A stretch of 64,000 bases of DNA. Source: Trichoplax sp. H2. Its lineage: Eukaryota. The notes beneath the pieces were generated by a model that was not told where the DNA came from, ran no database searches, and was given only the letters and a program-made list of their open reading frames with translations. This document shows, in pieces, positions 26,130 through 40,286 of the stretch (position 1 is its first letter; every line of letters starts with the position of its first letter). Both the position numbers and the translations under genes were made by a program. The DNA lies in contig NOWV01000106.1 in NCBI GenBank assembly GCA_003344405.1, positions 1 to 64,000 on the forward strand, given 5' to 3'.

Positions 26130-29100
26130 ATAGTAAATTACTTCGAGATTGATAACATGCTTTACTTCTACCCTACATATTACAGGAAGAGAAAGATAAT
26201 GTTAAATTTTTACGTTTTTAATTGCTGATTATTCAGTAACTAATACGAGAGAATTGTTAGGTACACCCATGACCTCGGAGATAGGTCAATTCCTAATCAC
26301 AAAGGGGATGCATTTATTAGAAAAAGAGCTGACGTCATACGTAAAATACTTGTTTATTAATTTTTATTGATACTGAATATTGAAATTTTTTATAATATGA
26401 TATAAAAAATGAGTAATTGTAGCAATTAGCACAAGTCTTCTGGAACTGTTTTTCTTGTACAAAATTGCTATATACAGATATCAGCACGAGGTAAGCTATT
26501 ACGCTTAGATATTTAAGATAATACAAAGGTCCTTTATTAAAATAGGACATACATAATCCTACCATTATCATTACAAGTATCATTAGTGGCGACCAGTAAG
26601 AATCAAATGGTAATTATCTAGCAATAGGTGAAACTTTCTAGACTCAATTTACGAGATGTTAAAAGCAACAGTAATAAAATTCAATTCAATATCAGTAGCT
26701 CCAACAGAAACCAATGATGCAGCAATGCAGTCTATATGCTTGCTTACTCAAATATAGTAAGCGAGCTGAGAAATACACCAACCAAATTAGGATATCTAAA
26801 AAGTGATATATTAGCTGCCGTAGCATCTTAACGGTACCTTCAAGAGATTATAAGGCGATTTTAATGTCTTAAAATCGATAAACTAGACATTAAATTTATT
26901 CTATCGTGTTAAATGCGTCTTGATGGCTTTGTCTTGGTAGTTATTACTCGTAATTAGAGTTAGATACCACCAAATAAGCTGTTCAGATACAGTAAATCGT
27001 TAATTAGTGTATTGTAGGGATGCAGAACTGCAAAAAATTTTAGATACAATAATGAAGATTTTAATATATCTCTTGACGCTAGCAATAGGAAATTGTCAGT
27101 GTTGGGCTCGATGTTTACAAACGAACAGCAGATAGCAACTAATAAAGTCATGTTAACAGCAAAAATACTACTTTTCTCTATGTGTAGACGTAAGCTTTTG
27201 ATATACATATTTTCACACTTTGAAACCTTTCAATCTTTAATTCTATCACAACAATAAAGTTTAGATGTTAGCTGAATGCTCTAGCTAATCTATTGTGTAT
27301 TATGACTTTGTTATAGCAATATAAATTATACATATAAAATGTGATTAGCTGATAAAAATGCATGAATATAACTTTATATCCACAATGCAGTGTTGCTATG
27401 TTGATAATGAAGCTGTCTATTCTGTGAAGATATAGACGTATGATACCGGCTATCCAAGCCAGAAAATTTAGATCATTCACTTATGAATATAAAGTTAAAC
27501 TTATACAAAAAACTCTTTTAATAAAATACCGTAACTAAAGCTAACATAGACTAAATTAATCAACCAACATTAAGTTAAACTATTTCTTTTGCTTAGCCAC
27601 ACTAATTTATTTTAAAATTTTATAACATTTTGTGTAATTACACATTATTCTATTTTGGTTCAGATATGTAACGCTAATTTACTCTTGTAACATGCAATAT
27701 TTGTGCGATCGTATTCTGATTAGGTAAATTTTATGGTCATATTTTAATAAGTTTATTTTAAGAGAATAATATTTAGTATTAAGTGATTCGTTGAAATTGG
27801 TGATATGCTATACATACATTTATTTATGAAGTAAATAAATAATGACTGAGGAATAGGTTACTGAGACAAATTTTAAATAAAAGTCTAAAATTAGTAGTTT
27901 TATGCATACATAGCGTGCTTACTATTGTACATTCAAAAGTATCAATTATTAAAGCGGCTTGCCTTAAAATATTGAAATGAACCGGCAAAGATATATCAAA
28001 GGATTAGTCAATGAATTAAACTATTTCATATTAATAATTAAGTAGATGTTGAAATTATACACTAATCATATCTCAACAATTACATAAATGATCGTTAGTA
28101 AAACACTAATATAGTAAAATTACCTATTCAGTAACCTTAATGAAATTAGTCTGAGAAGGGCACAATATTACTACTATTTATGATAAAAGCATCTCCCTGT
28201 GAAGGTTGATCCAAAAATAACTTTAGATCATGACGGTTGCAAAAAAATTGCACACTTTATTCAGTATAGAGCCCACTGACCATGAGTTTTACTGGGTAAC
28301 CACATAATTAATTGCAATTAAAATCTATGTTGCGATATAATAGATAATTTAATTTAGCAGTAGTTTAAGGATTCTTGCATTACTAATGCACATCAGTATC
28401 ACAGCTGATCTGATATCAGTTATATATCTGAAGTAGAATTCTGTAATGTTATTTTCTGCTTAAAACTTAATACTGAGAATATTAATTACAATACTAAATT
28501 AAATTTAAATTTAAAGTAAGTGATAATTATAGTATAGGCCATCGAAATGCAGGTGTATCAGTTATGAAGTGCGCGTTTGTCGGTATTTAACTAATATGCG
28601 CATCTTCTGTGTAATAAATTCGATACTACTTATGCAGCGATCATTTAGGCAAAAGAGTTTTGCATTACAAACTCATGACAGTAGTGTTATGTCCGGTAAG
28701 TTGCTTAAACAGACTAAGCGATAATGTGAAAAGAGATCTATATAAAGAAACAATAAGTTGATCGAAAATCGTTCTGGATAAACAGAATCTCTTGGAAACT
28801 TAGTTACAGTCACGTATAACATATTGTTAGGCGAGGATAAATATACTATCCATTTAGGATATGTAATTTTCTTTTACAAACCGTTATACCGTATAAACTT
28901 ATTGAAATTCTTTACGTCTATTTCAAAATGTTTTACATTATATTGAAAATTGCAAACAATACTCGTATTTGTAAAGATAGGTATTAAATTATTAAATTTA
29001 TGAAATTAGAAAATAATGGTATTTCGTTCTGAAATAGATAAATTTATATTAAATCAATCTGTAAATATTATTGAAAAAGCAATTAACTATAACAATGCCA

Positions 29101-30032
29101 AATTATTCGATTGCTACTTTTCGTTCGATTTAACATTTTTATTGACTTTTAAATAATATAAATTGTAATGTTACTGTCGTATAGATACTTATAACGCTAT
29201 TATGTATGCATGATGACAATAATTTTACTAATATTTCTTTAATTTATTTCCGTAAATTAATTTGATTAATGCTACTAATAAATGATGTAATTAATTAATT
29301 GATGCATAAAGAAGTAATTTTGCATTGAAAAGGAATTTTAGTAGTTATTAGTCAAATCAATCTGAAAATTTGGGGATTATACGCTAACAAAGCTCTAGAA
29401 AGTCATAAAAGTAAGTTTTCTGCGATAACTTTTAGTATCTCGTAGCGCTGTCGTAGCAATATACGTATAAGCTTAGCCCGCCAGTAAAATAATACATCTT
29501 ATTATTACACGGTAGATAAAATAGCATCTTTGATCTAGTTCAAAAACTTAAATAGCATATTTTCTAGATTTATATTGCACACTCGCAATTTGCCAAGTTA
29601 TAAACTCCTTCAGGTAGCTAAGTCTAAAAGTTTATTTGCAGTAAATTTAGCAGCTTAGCTAGTACTGCGTGTTACTGTCTCATTGATAGTTAATAATTTT
29701 AGCTGTTTTATGTGATATGAGAAAGGCACTGAGAAGGAAGAAAAGCATATCAGTTATTTTACGGTATTAAATAGACATATGCTGACTGCGTTAGAAACAT
29801 TGATCCGTAAATTTCAGTCTAGTAGTAATGATTGCATTTACTGCAATGAAAATCTAATCGATAAATAAATAGACATAGTCAGTTGTACAAATATAAGCAT
29901 ATCAGCATTTTGTGCCTTGCAAATATGCAAGTGTTACACGCTATTAACTCGTGTCTCATCATCATCAACTTTCAATAGCTTCGTTTTAAACTGTATTGCA
30001 CTACGACATACTAAGGATATTTATATTAAAAG

Positions 30033-31091
30033 ATGGCTTTGAATGCAACCATGGTAGCAGCGCAAGTGAATTATCCTACGAAAGATCCTAGTTTGGTCCC
30101 AGGCGTTGTTATATCTTATGCTATTCTTGGTGTACTAATAGTATTAACTAATAGTTCTATACTACTAATCATGCTTCTACGGAAAAAATCGCTTGTGCCT
30201 CAAAATTATTTGATGATTAGCCTATTTATTGACGATATCCTATTTGCTTGTCTTTACATTTTCCCGCGATTTTTAAATCCTTTTTGGATTAGAGATATCC
30301 AGTACTGCGCTATACTGCCAGCTCTTGGTCAGATGATTATTGTAAATACTAATCTGCACTTATGTTGGATTAGTGTAGAAAAATACATAGCAATCGGATA
30401 CCCAAGATGGCATAAATTACACGTTAGGAGAGCTTTTACAGTACCTGCAATCATTCTTACTTGGTTTATATCTCTTTTATTCGTCTGTTATCCGTACTTC
30501 GATTTTCGAGATTTGGGTCCTATTAGCTGTTTTTTGGGAGGGCCTCAAGATAAAGAGTTTCGTTTTGAGCTTGTACTTTATTCTTTCTTGTTCTTTATTC
30601 CACTTATTGCAATGTCTATAACATATACCAGAATATTTATAGTTGCTAAAAGGCTTTCCAGTAAATCTTTTCAGAAGCATCGATATTCTGGATTGGCAGA
30701 AAATGGACGTTGTGAAGACTTATCGATTAACCAAGTTTATACGAAGCAACGTGTGAAACATCATTATAAAACTGCTAAAGTTCTTGGTGCTATGGTTAGT
30801 GTCTTCTTTATTGGTTGGTTTCCATTCGTATCAATTTCTATCGTACTTCGATCGATGGATTACCAAGTTATTCCTCAAAATCTTTATACAGTAGTCGGAA
30901 TTATTCGCTATATAGCATTTTCAACTTTAATTATTAATCCTATTTTATACGGGTACTTTATTGCCGAAGTAAGGCAGACAATTGCTAGAGCTACGAAATG
31001 TACCCATAGATCTACTGGTGCGCTTCAAGCTCCACGAATTGAACCTCTTACAGTAGCTTTCAGAAATGCTATAAATGTTAAAAATGCTTAA
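30033..31091 (+). CDS. Intronless rhodopsin-family (class A) orphan GPCR, 352 aa
   Basis: Seven hydrophobic segments with TM1 N, TM2 D, TM3 Cys, EKY at the DRY position, TM4 W, TM5 FFIPL, TM6 FFIGWFPF and TM7 NPILY. Confidence 0.93.
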   Translation: MALNATMVAAQVNYPTKDPSLVPGVVISYAILGVLIVLTNSSILLIMLLRKKSLVPQNYLMISLFIDDILFACLYIFPRFLNPFWIRDIQYCAILPALGQMIIVNTNLHLCWISVEKYIAIGYPRWHKLHVRRAFTVPAIILTWFISLLFVCYPYFDFRDLGPISCFLGGPQDKEFRFELVLYSFLFFIPLIAMSITYTRIFIVAKRLSSKSFQKHRYSGLAENGRCEDLSINQVYTKQRVKHHYKTAKVLGAMVSVFFIGWFPFVSISIVLRSMDYQVIPQNLYTVVGIIRYIAFSTLIINPILYGYFIAEVRQTIARATKCTHRSTGALQAPRIEPLTVAFRNAINVKNA

Positions 31092-34000
31092 TTAAATATA
31101 AATATTAAAATACCGCTTCTAAGATATTGTAACATTTATTTTAGTAGAACTATGATTATATCGATTTGGTGTAATGTGTTAGAACATTATTTCATTTTTG
31201 ATCTACTGTACTGCTAAATTGTGAGAAAAGTGTAATACCCGTATAACCTTAATCATAGAGTTTGCCGATATGCTTCTATGAACTGCTACAAAAGCCTTCA
31301 TTTGTGTTTAATTTACTGATTAACTAATATGCAAGCATGCAATTATGCGTATTTAGATATCTGTAGAATTCCAGATAGTGTTACAATTTTTAACCATTTT
31401 ATCGATCATTTTTCTACAATTGCGGGTTATAAATTAGATAATGATCAACATCTCCTCAAATCGGCTTTCGCATCATTGACTGTGTATAAACGTAGCATAT
31501 AAAATTGATCCTTGAATAATATACCGTAATCATAATATAATATGCCAGAAATTACGTAGTTAACTGAAATTAAATACTAATAAATTATAGCGCTTTTAAT
31601 TGCTTAAAAATTCTAACAGCTGTACAAATTTTAAAGCCATAAGACCCTAATAGGTTTAAATATTTCTATATAGTCGATAACTTGTAAATTTTCAATTTGT
31701 GAGAATAGGATGATGGTGGTATCCGTACTATGTTACGTTGTTACTTACATTTATATAGAAACAACATCTTGTAATACTATCAAGATTTGATTATTTTCAA
31801 CGTTATGATTAACTAGATTTTAACCTGAATATAACTGTATACGTGTTCAATACCAATTTCAATACCAATTTACTTTCATGCAATAATATTGCACTATACT
31901 GTACAGTATTATGCGTACACGGATCAATCATTTATGATTTAAGTAGATCTTGCTATACCATGCGCACTCGATTATATCAATCATCTCGGGCAATGTACTC
32001 GTAAAAACCAAAATATTGTATGAGCCTGCCACGCCACGTCCCGCTGAAGCCTTCGTTTATATCTCTCTTCTATAAAATATTACGCTACTACGAGTATAGG
32101 AACAATTTTCTTAGTATTATCTCCTAGCGAACTACACGTAGCTCTAAGTTAAGTCTTCCATAATACTTAAAAGTGATAAAAATGCTGATGTTTTACCTAG
32201 TGAGAGTCTAGTACTCGTGCTTCAATTTTATTTTCACCTGATTCTTTTTTAAAGGATGTTCTACATTTTACAGTCATATAGAACAATAAAGTATAACTAA
32301 TTGCCCTAACATTACAATTCACTATTTGATGTTCTAATAGTGATCCTGAAAAATGAAACGATGTAGAAGATTGCAGTGATGCACCCATATTTGATTCTAC
32401 GGATAGCTATATTTAATATAGTTGGGTTATTTTGAATAGATATTATCATGAAGCTAATATTAGATGATTGCTAACTACTTTATTAGAAATTGTTGATGAC
32501 TAATAGTAGCCAATTGACTAATTATGATACAAGATTTATGTAGCTAGAAACACTATAGTTGTTAACGTTAATAGTAGTAGTGACATCTTAAGTAGAATGA
32601 TTTAGATTGTAGAAAAGAATGATGTACTATTAGAGAAAAGTATTTTGTTTGATGACTCATATCTGACAGTAGATTAATCAAGTTGTCATCAATAGATCCA
32701 ACGAAATGTTTCTAAGACCTGCAGAGATGGGCGCATGGAAGAGAAGAGACTTTACTTCGCTTTGAGCTCAGAATACTTTCGATTGTAGACTACATTCTTG
32801 TAGTAATTCACTATTGCTCTACTATTCCTCAAACCTTGTAATAAAAGCCATTTCGAAAATACCATTTGACTATAATAGTTATTGTGAGACGCATTTATTA
32901 CAAAGATATATTCTTTTTTCTTGTAATTGAAGCCAATTTTGAGTACAATCAATTGTATCGGGCTTTATGCCATTCAGTTTGAGCAATAGGAGTAAAGTGG
33001 ATCAAGTTTATTTTTTTCAATAAGACCGATCAGCCCATATATTACTTTAGGATACGACGTCTATCATTTAGCCCCATGACCATTACAGAAATGGGAAGAT
33101 ACGCAAGTTAGACGACGATTATATGGTATTAGGCAATAAATGTAGTCAAGGCGGATATACTCGTATTGTTGAATCTAATGATCAACTCTTGTATTATGAG
33201 CTATACAGTATCAAGGCTCAGTTACATTGAATATTTCTCGTTCTTTCATTCTACTAGTAATGCGATATGTTGTTATCGGCATTATTTCATCTAGTTTTAT
33301 CTTCAATTGTATAGTTTATCGCCAGTCATAATCGAGACCGGCAGTATCATTCCTTGAAATGATTACTCGTAAAATGATCACCATTACAAATGATATGTTT
33401 TACAATAGTGGGGTTATCTGTGCAATCGAATACTGTTGCTGAGGTAGGTAACTAAACAGTGATTGTAAATTACCGGATCTGAGATCTGCAGCAATATCGG
33501 AATTGCGTACTATGCATAAATCTTCCAAGAATAATAATGACCGGGAATGGCTGTAATATTTCGATGCACAGCTATCTACATATATCCATTACAAGACATA
33601 AGTATTTTAATTCTCTTTGTCTCAGTTTCATTGATACTCCAACTTCAGTAACCGATACGAGAACAACTTGAATACATTATGCCTACTGTCCATTTTGACC
33701 TCGATACATCAATGCAGACTTGGGAAGTTAGTCTTATTGACTAAATTATCATCATTGCGATGTTTTAGATCAATGGCCATTTAGCCTTCTGCGTAAGATA
33801 TGCACACCAGTAATATCTTTTTACTGCTACATTATAAGAATGATGAATAAACTTTGTGATTCTTTCCACTTGGGTAGAGACTGGAGATTAGGTCGACAAC
33901 TCGAGATATGCGCACACATACGAGTATCCGAGTACTGTAGAAAAAATCAGGAGGGTGCCATGGTCAAGGTTTGCTATGAAGTTCCCGATATTGGAAAAAT

Positions 34001-34915
34001 GTGCATAGAAACATAGCTTGAAACACCAACTGCGCTCTTTTTATGAATAGAACTGCTGATAGTAATTCATAGCACTGTACCATTATTGTTTGAACTTCAA
34101 AAGCTCACCGTAACCCCTTGGTTATGTTGAACTGTAAAGTAGATTTCAAGAAAGTGCGAAAGTCCTGCTGTCATGATGGAGTAGTCTAGTCCACCATACT
34201 ATCCTGAGTCAGCATGACTCGCCTACTTCACCTTGATGCAGAATAGTTCAATGATGGACTATGGTACTACCCATACTGTACGTACAGTCTACTACTGTCC
34301 ATTGTAAAACTAAAATTGAATAGTAACGTCGTATACAGTAGGCAATTCGACCTCTAGCAGCCCAACTACCATCGATTATTATCAGCAACGGACAATACTT
34401 GCGTATCATAATAATAGTGATCCTATTAGGAATATTGGACACATTCACGGACTGTATGGTCGTATTGATGTTGATTGACTTATTTATGTTTTATTTTTTT
34501 ATTATGGACGAATTACGAGCTTGGATAGAGAATTGGAGTGTCGAAATGTCACAAAACAGCCTTGCAACAAGATAACATAATGTACGATCAATAAATCAAT
34601 TCCTTGAATCACGTATCAAGGAACGATATCTGCACTATCAGAAACACTTTTGCTGTACTAGCAGACTACACAAAGACTTAAACGCCTCGTATTTTACGTT
34701 GAGCACTAAGTTTGAGAATCCACTTTATTACACGATATACTGCATTTATATACTATTCCTCAATAGTTCATGAGTCATAGTTAGTACGATTAACTTTGGA
34801 ATCATGTACTGAATTAGATATTAATTATAGCTACTGCTCCCTTAATTAATGCAGATAACGGTATTTACCAACATAGACATCTGATGACTAATACAGAATA
34901 GTCAGATTACGATAT

Positions 34916-36356
34916 GTCCTATCACGGAACATTTCCACCATAATTTACAATCTACCATAAGTAGATGATTTGCATTCCCTATTATAACTATTAATTCAGT
35001 ATGTGTATATGTGTCCCTGTCATAAAAAGTCAGTGCTATATTAAAACACAGTATTGTATATCCAAATTAGAAGTTAACTAAATAAGGATAGGCTAACAGA
35101 ATTATCCTAACATAGATATTTCTCTCTAATACAGTATATGACACTGTCACACGAAAGTGATGTATGACCAACTTAATTTGGATCCAATCTGTTGCAAATT
35201 CCCTGTCAAATGTACCGTCGATCAAGCATGGCCGACAGACATGACTGCTGATCATTCGTGTGTCGTCATTGCTGACGGTAGTAGCGTGTCCATAGTACTG
35301 TACTATTAATAAATAACCCTTAATATATAATCTTGAAGTGTGCAAGTAATGTCTCAGGGACTACTAAAAGCTAGCGTAGTCCAGTCTTTGTCCATCAGAT
35401 TTTGTGTTTGTTGTTTCTGAATTCTCCTGTCAGTCAGAGTGTAGAGGAANNNNNNNNNNNNNNNNNNNNGTCCTATCACGGAACATTTCCACCATAATTT
35501 ACAATCTACCATAAGTAGATGATTTGCATTCCCTATTATAACTATTAATTCAGTATGTGTACTGTATATGTGTCACTGTCATAAAAAGTCAGTGCTATAT
35601 TAAAACACAGTACTGTATATCCAAATTAGAAGTTAACTAAATAAGGATAGGCTAATAGAATTATCCTAACATAGATATTTCTCTCTAATACAGTATATAA
35701 CTGTTACGATGCGTAAGCTTGTCCTAATTATTGAGACTATTAAAAGGCTGGTGCCTGAAGATTCCTTTTTAGTTCGTTAGTCGGTTAGACAGTCAACTAG
35801 TTTTTCAATTGATATTTAATTGTAAAGACTATAATCTTGGGTGCCAAGATTCCTTCAGTAATAAATGATAGTAAATCTCTGACTATCTCGTCTACATCAT
35901 CTGTGACGCTATAATTATACCATAGTATTCGGTCGTTGGAACTGAATTATTTGGTAATATAGCTAATCTCGCCTCTTTAAGTTAGTAAGTGGCGTTCTCC
36001 GCAAGGATTGGCGTGTGTAGACTACTTTGTCACTAGTGGTGTGTGATAATAACACTGTCACACAAAAGTAATGTATGACCAACTTAATTTGGATCCAATC
36101 TGTTGCAAATTCCCTGTCAAATGTACCGTCGATCAAGCATGGCCGACAGACATGACTCCTGATCATTCGTGTGTCGTCATTGCTGACGGTAGTAGCGTGT
36201 CCATAGTACAGTACTATTAATAACCCTTAATATATAATCTTGAAGTGTGCAAGTAATGTCTCAGGGACTACTAAAAGCTAGCGTAGTCCAGTCTTTGTCC
36301 ATCAGATTTTGTGTTTGTTGTGTCTGAATTCTCCTGTCAGTCAGAGTGTAGAGGAA
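34916..36356. repeat. Direct duplication (34916-35449 / 35470-36356) across a 20-N gap; the second copy carries a ~353-bp insert
   Basis: Near-identical text on both sides of the gap at 35450-35469. Segment 35702-36054 is absent from the first copy. Confidence 0.85.
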
Positions 36357-36504
36357 GAAGCAAATTTAAAGACATGGTGTACAATCAGGACTTTTGAAAG
36401 GATAGAAACAGCCATGGTGTAGAGTGTGGATCATCGTTCTGCTTTATTTGTATGGGTACGGTTACTATGGTACTAAGGTACACTCACTCACTGGTTCAGT
36501 AGCA

Positions 36505-36725
36505 TGGACTACTATACTGTACACTGTATACAGTACTAGAAAAAGACCAGTCTTCTAGTAGACCCTGTCCGGTACAGTGTACAGTGTACCGCATACAACA
36601 CATAGTACTGTAAGGGATATACTGTAATACTGTACACTGTAGTGGACCGTACTGTACGGTATGAAACCTCCCCTAGATGCAGTACTGTACCATATTGTGT
36701 ACAGCACAATATGGACTGTACTGTG
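36505..36725. repeat. TACAG/CTGTA pentamer-rich field upstream of SNRK
   Basis: Repeated tactgtacactgta, gtacagtgtacagtgtac and cagtactgtac variants. Confidence 0.75.
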
Positions 36726-37197
36726 GTAACATTGGAAACTCCAGCAAGAGTACATAAACGATGGAAAAATTTTTTGAAAAAACGATACCAAACATTGCCA
36801 ACGGGTGCGACGATTGGCCATTTTTAAACAGCCAGTAAAGGAAACGTCAAGACGATTAACGTAATTGGCATCAATATTAAGTTTATTCTTCATTATCTTC
36901 AAGCTACTTCTATTCGTTGGTTCTGATATTATTCCTAGTGCCGACAATAAATTACCGCTTGATAAGAGTAATCAACGTTACCCGAATAGAGTGGAAGTGG
37001 ATCAGTGTACAAATAGTAAAATTGCCGTTGTAGTCATCACTTGGGACATCACCAAATACTGGACTACATCGGATTGGATTGGATGAGCCGAATTGACTAT
37101 TTTACTCTACTTTTATCAACATCGCCGCCATTACCGACCGTATTGATGTATTAAAATGATAGTATGCGTAATGTAGCTGACAACACGGCTATCCGAA

Positions 37198-40100
37198 ATG
37201 GCATATCAAGAAAAGGAAAGCCAAATTGCTGGTCTATACGATTTAAAACAAACCTTAGGGAAAGGGCATTTTTCAGTTGTTAAATTGGCCAAACACGCAT
37301 TTACCGGCGAAGAAGTAGCGGTGAAAGTCATCGACAAGACGAAACTGGATGATGTATCCAAATCTCATCTTTATGAAGAAGTTCGCTGTATGCAATTGGT
37401 ACAACACCCCAATATTGTACGATTATATCATGTTATCGAAACTCAAACCAAACTATATTTAGTACTTGAACTAGGCAAAGGCGGAGATCTATACGATTAT
37501 TTACTTAAACATGACAATGGTTTACCAGAAGATGAAGCTCGATATTATTTTCGTCAGATTGTTCTCGGTATCGCTTATTGCCATCGTTTACATGTTGTTC
37601 ATCGGGATTTAAAACCAGAAAATGTTGTATTTTTTGAAAATTTCTCTACTGTCAAGTTAACCGATTTTGGTTTCTCCAACCGTTTTATGCCTGGCCAAAT
37701 GCTATCGACATCATGCGGTTCCTTAGCATATTCTGCCCCAGAAATTTTACTTGGTGATGCCTACGATGCTCCTAAAGTGGGTAAGATTCATTCCGTTGAA
37801 TAATGACTAATTATCGTCGGTAATGTAGATTGTCTTAATTTCATTAAAAAAAAAATGGATTCATTCAAAATCTTGTGTAAAGTGCTTAAGTTTTGAATTA
37901 CTAATCATAATTACGTGATGTGACATCAAATTGAATGACATGAAATTTTTTCTTTCACCAGCATTCGTTTTCATTTGTTGATCAATCTATCTTTATGTAG
38001 ATATTTGGAGCCTTGGCGTTATTCTGTATATGTTAGCAACTGGTCAACCACCGTTTATGGAGGCTAATGATAGCGAAACGTTATCCATGATCATGGATTG
38101 TAAATATAATTTACCACCACAACTGTCATCATCTTGTAACGAGTAAGAGCTTTACCGTATACCGTAATTAATAGCAGCGTTTTCATAAATATAAACTATC
38201 AATTGATGTACAGTACAATCAATACACAGTAAGATGTCAAAAAAGACTATACTTATAGTCAATAAATTAGCCTTTTCAAAAATGCAGTAACTTTCTGCTA
38301 AGTGATATCTGTTCATCATACAATGCTGGGCTGACATATGCTATTTGGGGTACTTTTCATCTTAACCTTTTTCAGATTAATATGTAATTTGTTGATTCGT
38401 GATCCCATGAAGAGATTTACTCTGCAACAAATCTGGGACCATCCTTGGATAAGGAATGGCCCGGAAGATTCATTACAAAAGCAATTATCTTCAACAACGC
38501 TGAGCAATAATACCCCTCACTTATCTCCAGAAGAGCATAACATCGTTGTACAAAAGATGATCAATGGGAGAATAGCAGATAAAGATGTCATTAATAGGTA
38601 ATACCAATGATAAGTTAAAATTTAATTGCAATCGCTCGCCCAGTCAGTATCATAATATTTGGGTTGCCATCAACAATTTTTTTTGATGGATTGAAGAATA
38701 GTAGAATTATTTCCTGCACTTGGCATAGTACTGTAAAATGGACGATTCGTAAATAGTAAATCAGTTAGCAAATGCTACACTATGACATCATAGTAGTAAT
38801 GTTTATCACTACCTATTGTATTACAACCATGATGAATTCGTTCACAATTATCATTGTTTTTTTTTATTCTGTAAGACAACTGGAAGCTAACAATTACAAC
38901 CATATTACTGCGACATATTACCTTTTGGCGGAAAAAAGTTTAAGGAAGAAAAAATCTTCACCCAAAAAATCACATTCCAATCACCCCAAAATAAAAAAGA
39001 TTTCCGCAACTATTGCTCCTAATCTGAAAGGAGACCATCTTCCAATATCCAAAATGTATTCATCTATACCCGGGTAAAAATAATTCATAGACGTTATTAC
39101 AATATACTTAACAATTGAATTGAATTACTTATTTCAAACGCTCTCGTCTTTCTGATCGCAATTATTGACATGAGTCTCTGTTGTCCTTTTTTTGATCAGC
39201 TATGGTAAGAAAGTAGAAGAGATTGAAGAAGATTCTGAAGAGGAGTCGTCCAATAAATTTCGATGTCGTACACGCTCCCTTGTTTTGAAAAAAAATCCAA
39301 TGGAAGATGATCAGAATCTAGATATTAAAGACCAACCTACCAAAGACCGTAGTCTGTTAGATACTGTTGACGATAATTCCGTTAGAACTCTACAGCAAGA
39401 GCGTAATAGTATATCTCAATTGTTACCGTATAATGATGACAAGAATAAAAATATCAATACCAGAGGAGATAAGATACTATCAGTGAAAGCCCCTCTTTTG
39501 ACAAACGTCGGAAAATTTAGTGTTCCCAAAGCATTGGATTTAATTGCTGAAGGGGAATCTGAAGATGATGAAATACGTAATCCTCCAATGTTGAAACATT
39601 CTCGATCGACCGGTAAAATGAAACGTAAAGTATTTCCTCATGAAGCTTTGCAAGATAGTGACAAAGTAGCTACAAGCTCTGATGAAGATGAACCGAAGCC
39701 TAAAGTTGGAGGTGTTCCCCATAGCAACTTACAAATCAGGCGAACCCATTCACAAGATGTAAACGATGTTAATAGAAATCGAATTTTTACAAATACGGCT
39801 ACAAGACAATTAGTGAAACAGAGAAAATTTGGATACGTTGTTGGGAAGTTACCGTTAAAGACGATCGAATCTTGCAGCAGTGCAGATGTTTCTGATGACG
39901 CTGGTAGTGGTGATGATCGAGGTATTTTTATTCCAGATATTAAAAAAGGTAAATTACCAACTATACCCGGAGTCCCTGAAGATAGTTCAACTAATAACCA
40001 ATTAGCAATAAAAAGTGACAATGTCACACATAAGAAACTACCAGAAGAAGAGATAGATCAAACTGCCCAAGATGTAATTCACCCTAAAACAAATATCTCA

Positions 40101-40286
40101 GTGCAAACTAACACAATAGATCAATCAGCTGATATAGTTTCAAGTGCTGAAAGTATTAATTCGCTTGCATCTGGTAATAAGAATGCTGTAAAAGAAAAAA
40201 GTGCCGCTTTCTTAACTCCTGAAGCTGATCTTAAGGAAACTACTATAAGACGTAACTCAAACTCTAGTATTTGTGTCATCAATTAA
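37198..40286 (+). CDS. SNRK: SNF-related serine/threonine kinase (AMPK family)
   Basis: Exons 37198-37780, 38001-38142, 38376-38597, 38876-39073 and 39200-40286. Diagnostic motifs: [68 protein letters not shown] and UBA-like [13 protein letters not shown]. Confidence 0.95.

Noticed and set aside
26220..28310. Faint inverted similarity (tcacaaaggggatgcatttat at ~26300 vs the reverse of ~28185-28205) suggesting old transposon remnants
   Set aside because: Too short and degenerate to support by eye; needs RepeatModeler or BLASTN.
30900..30960. GPCR as an opsin
   Set aside because: The position equivalent to the retinal-binding Lys296 is Phe (YIAFSTLIINPILY).
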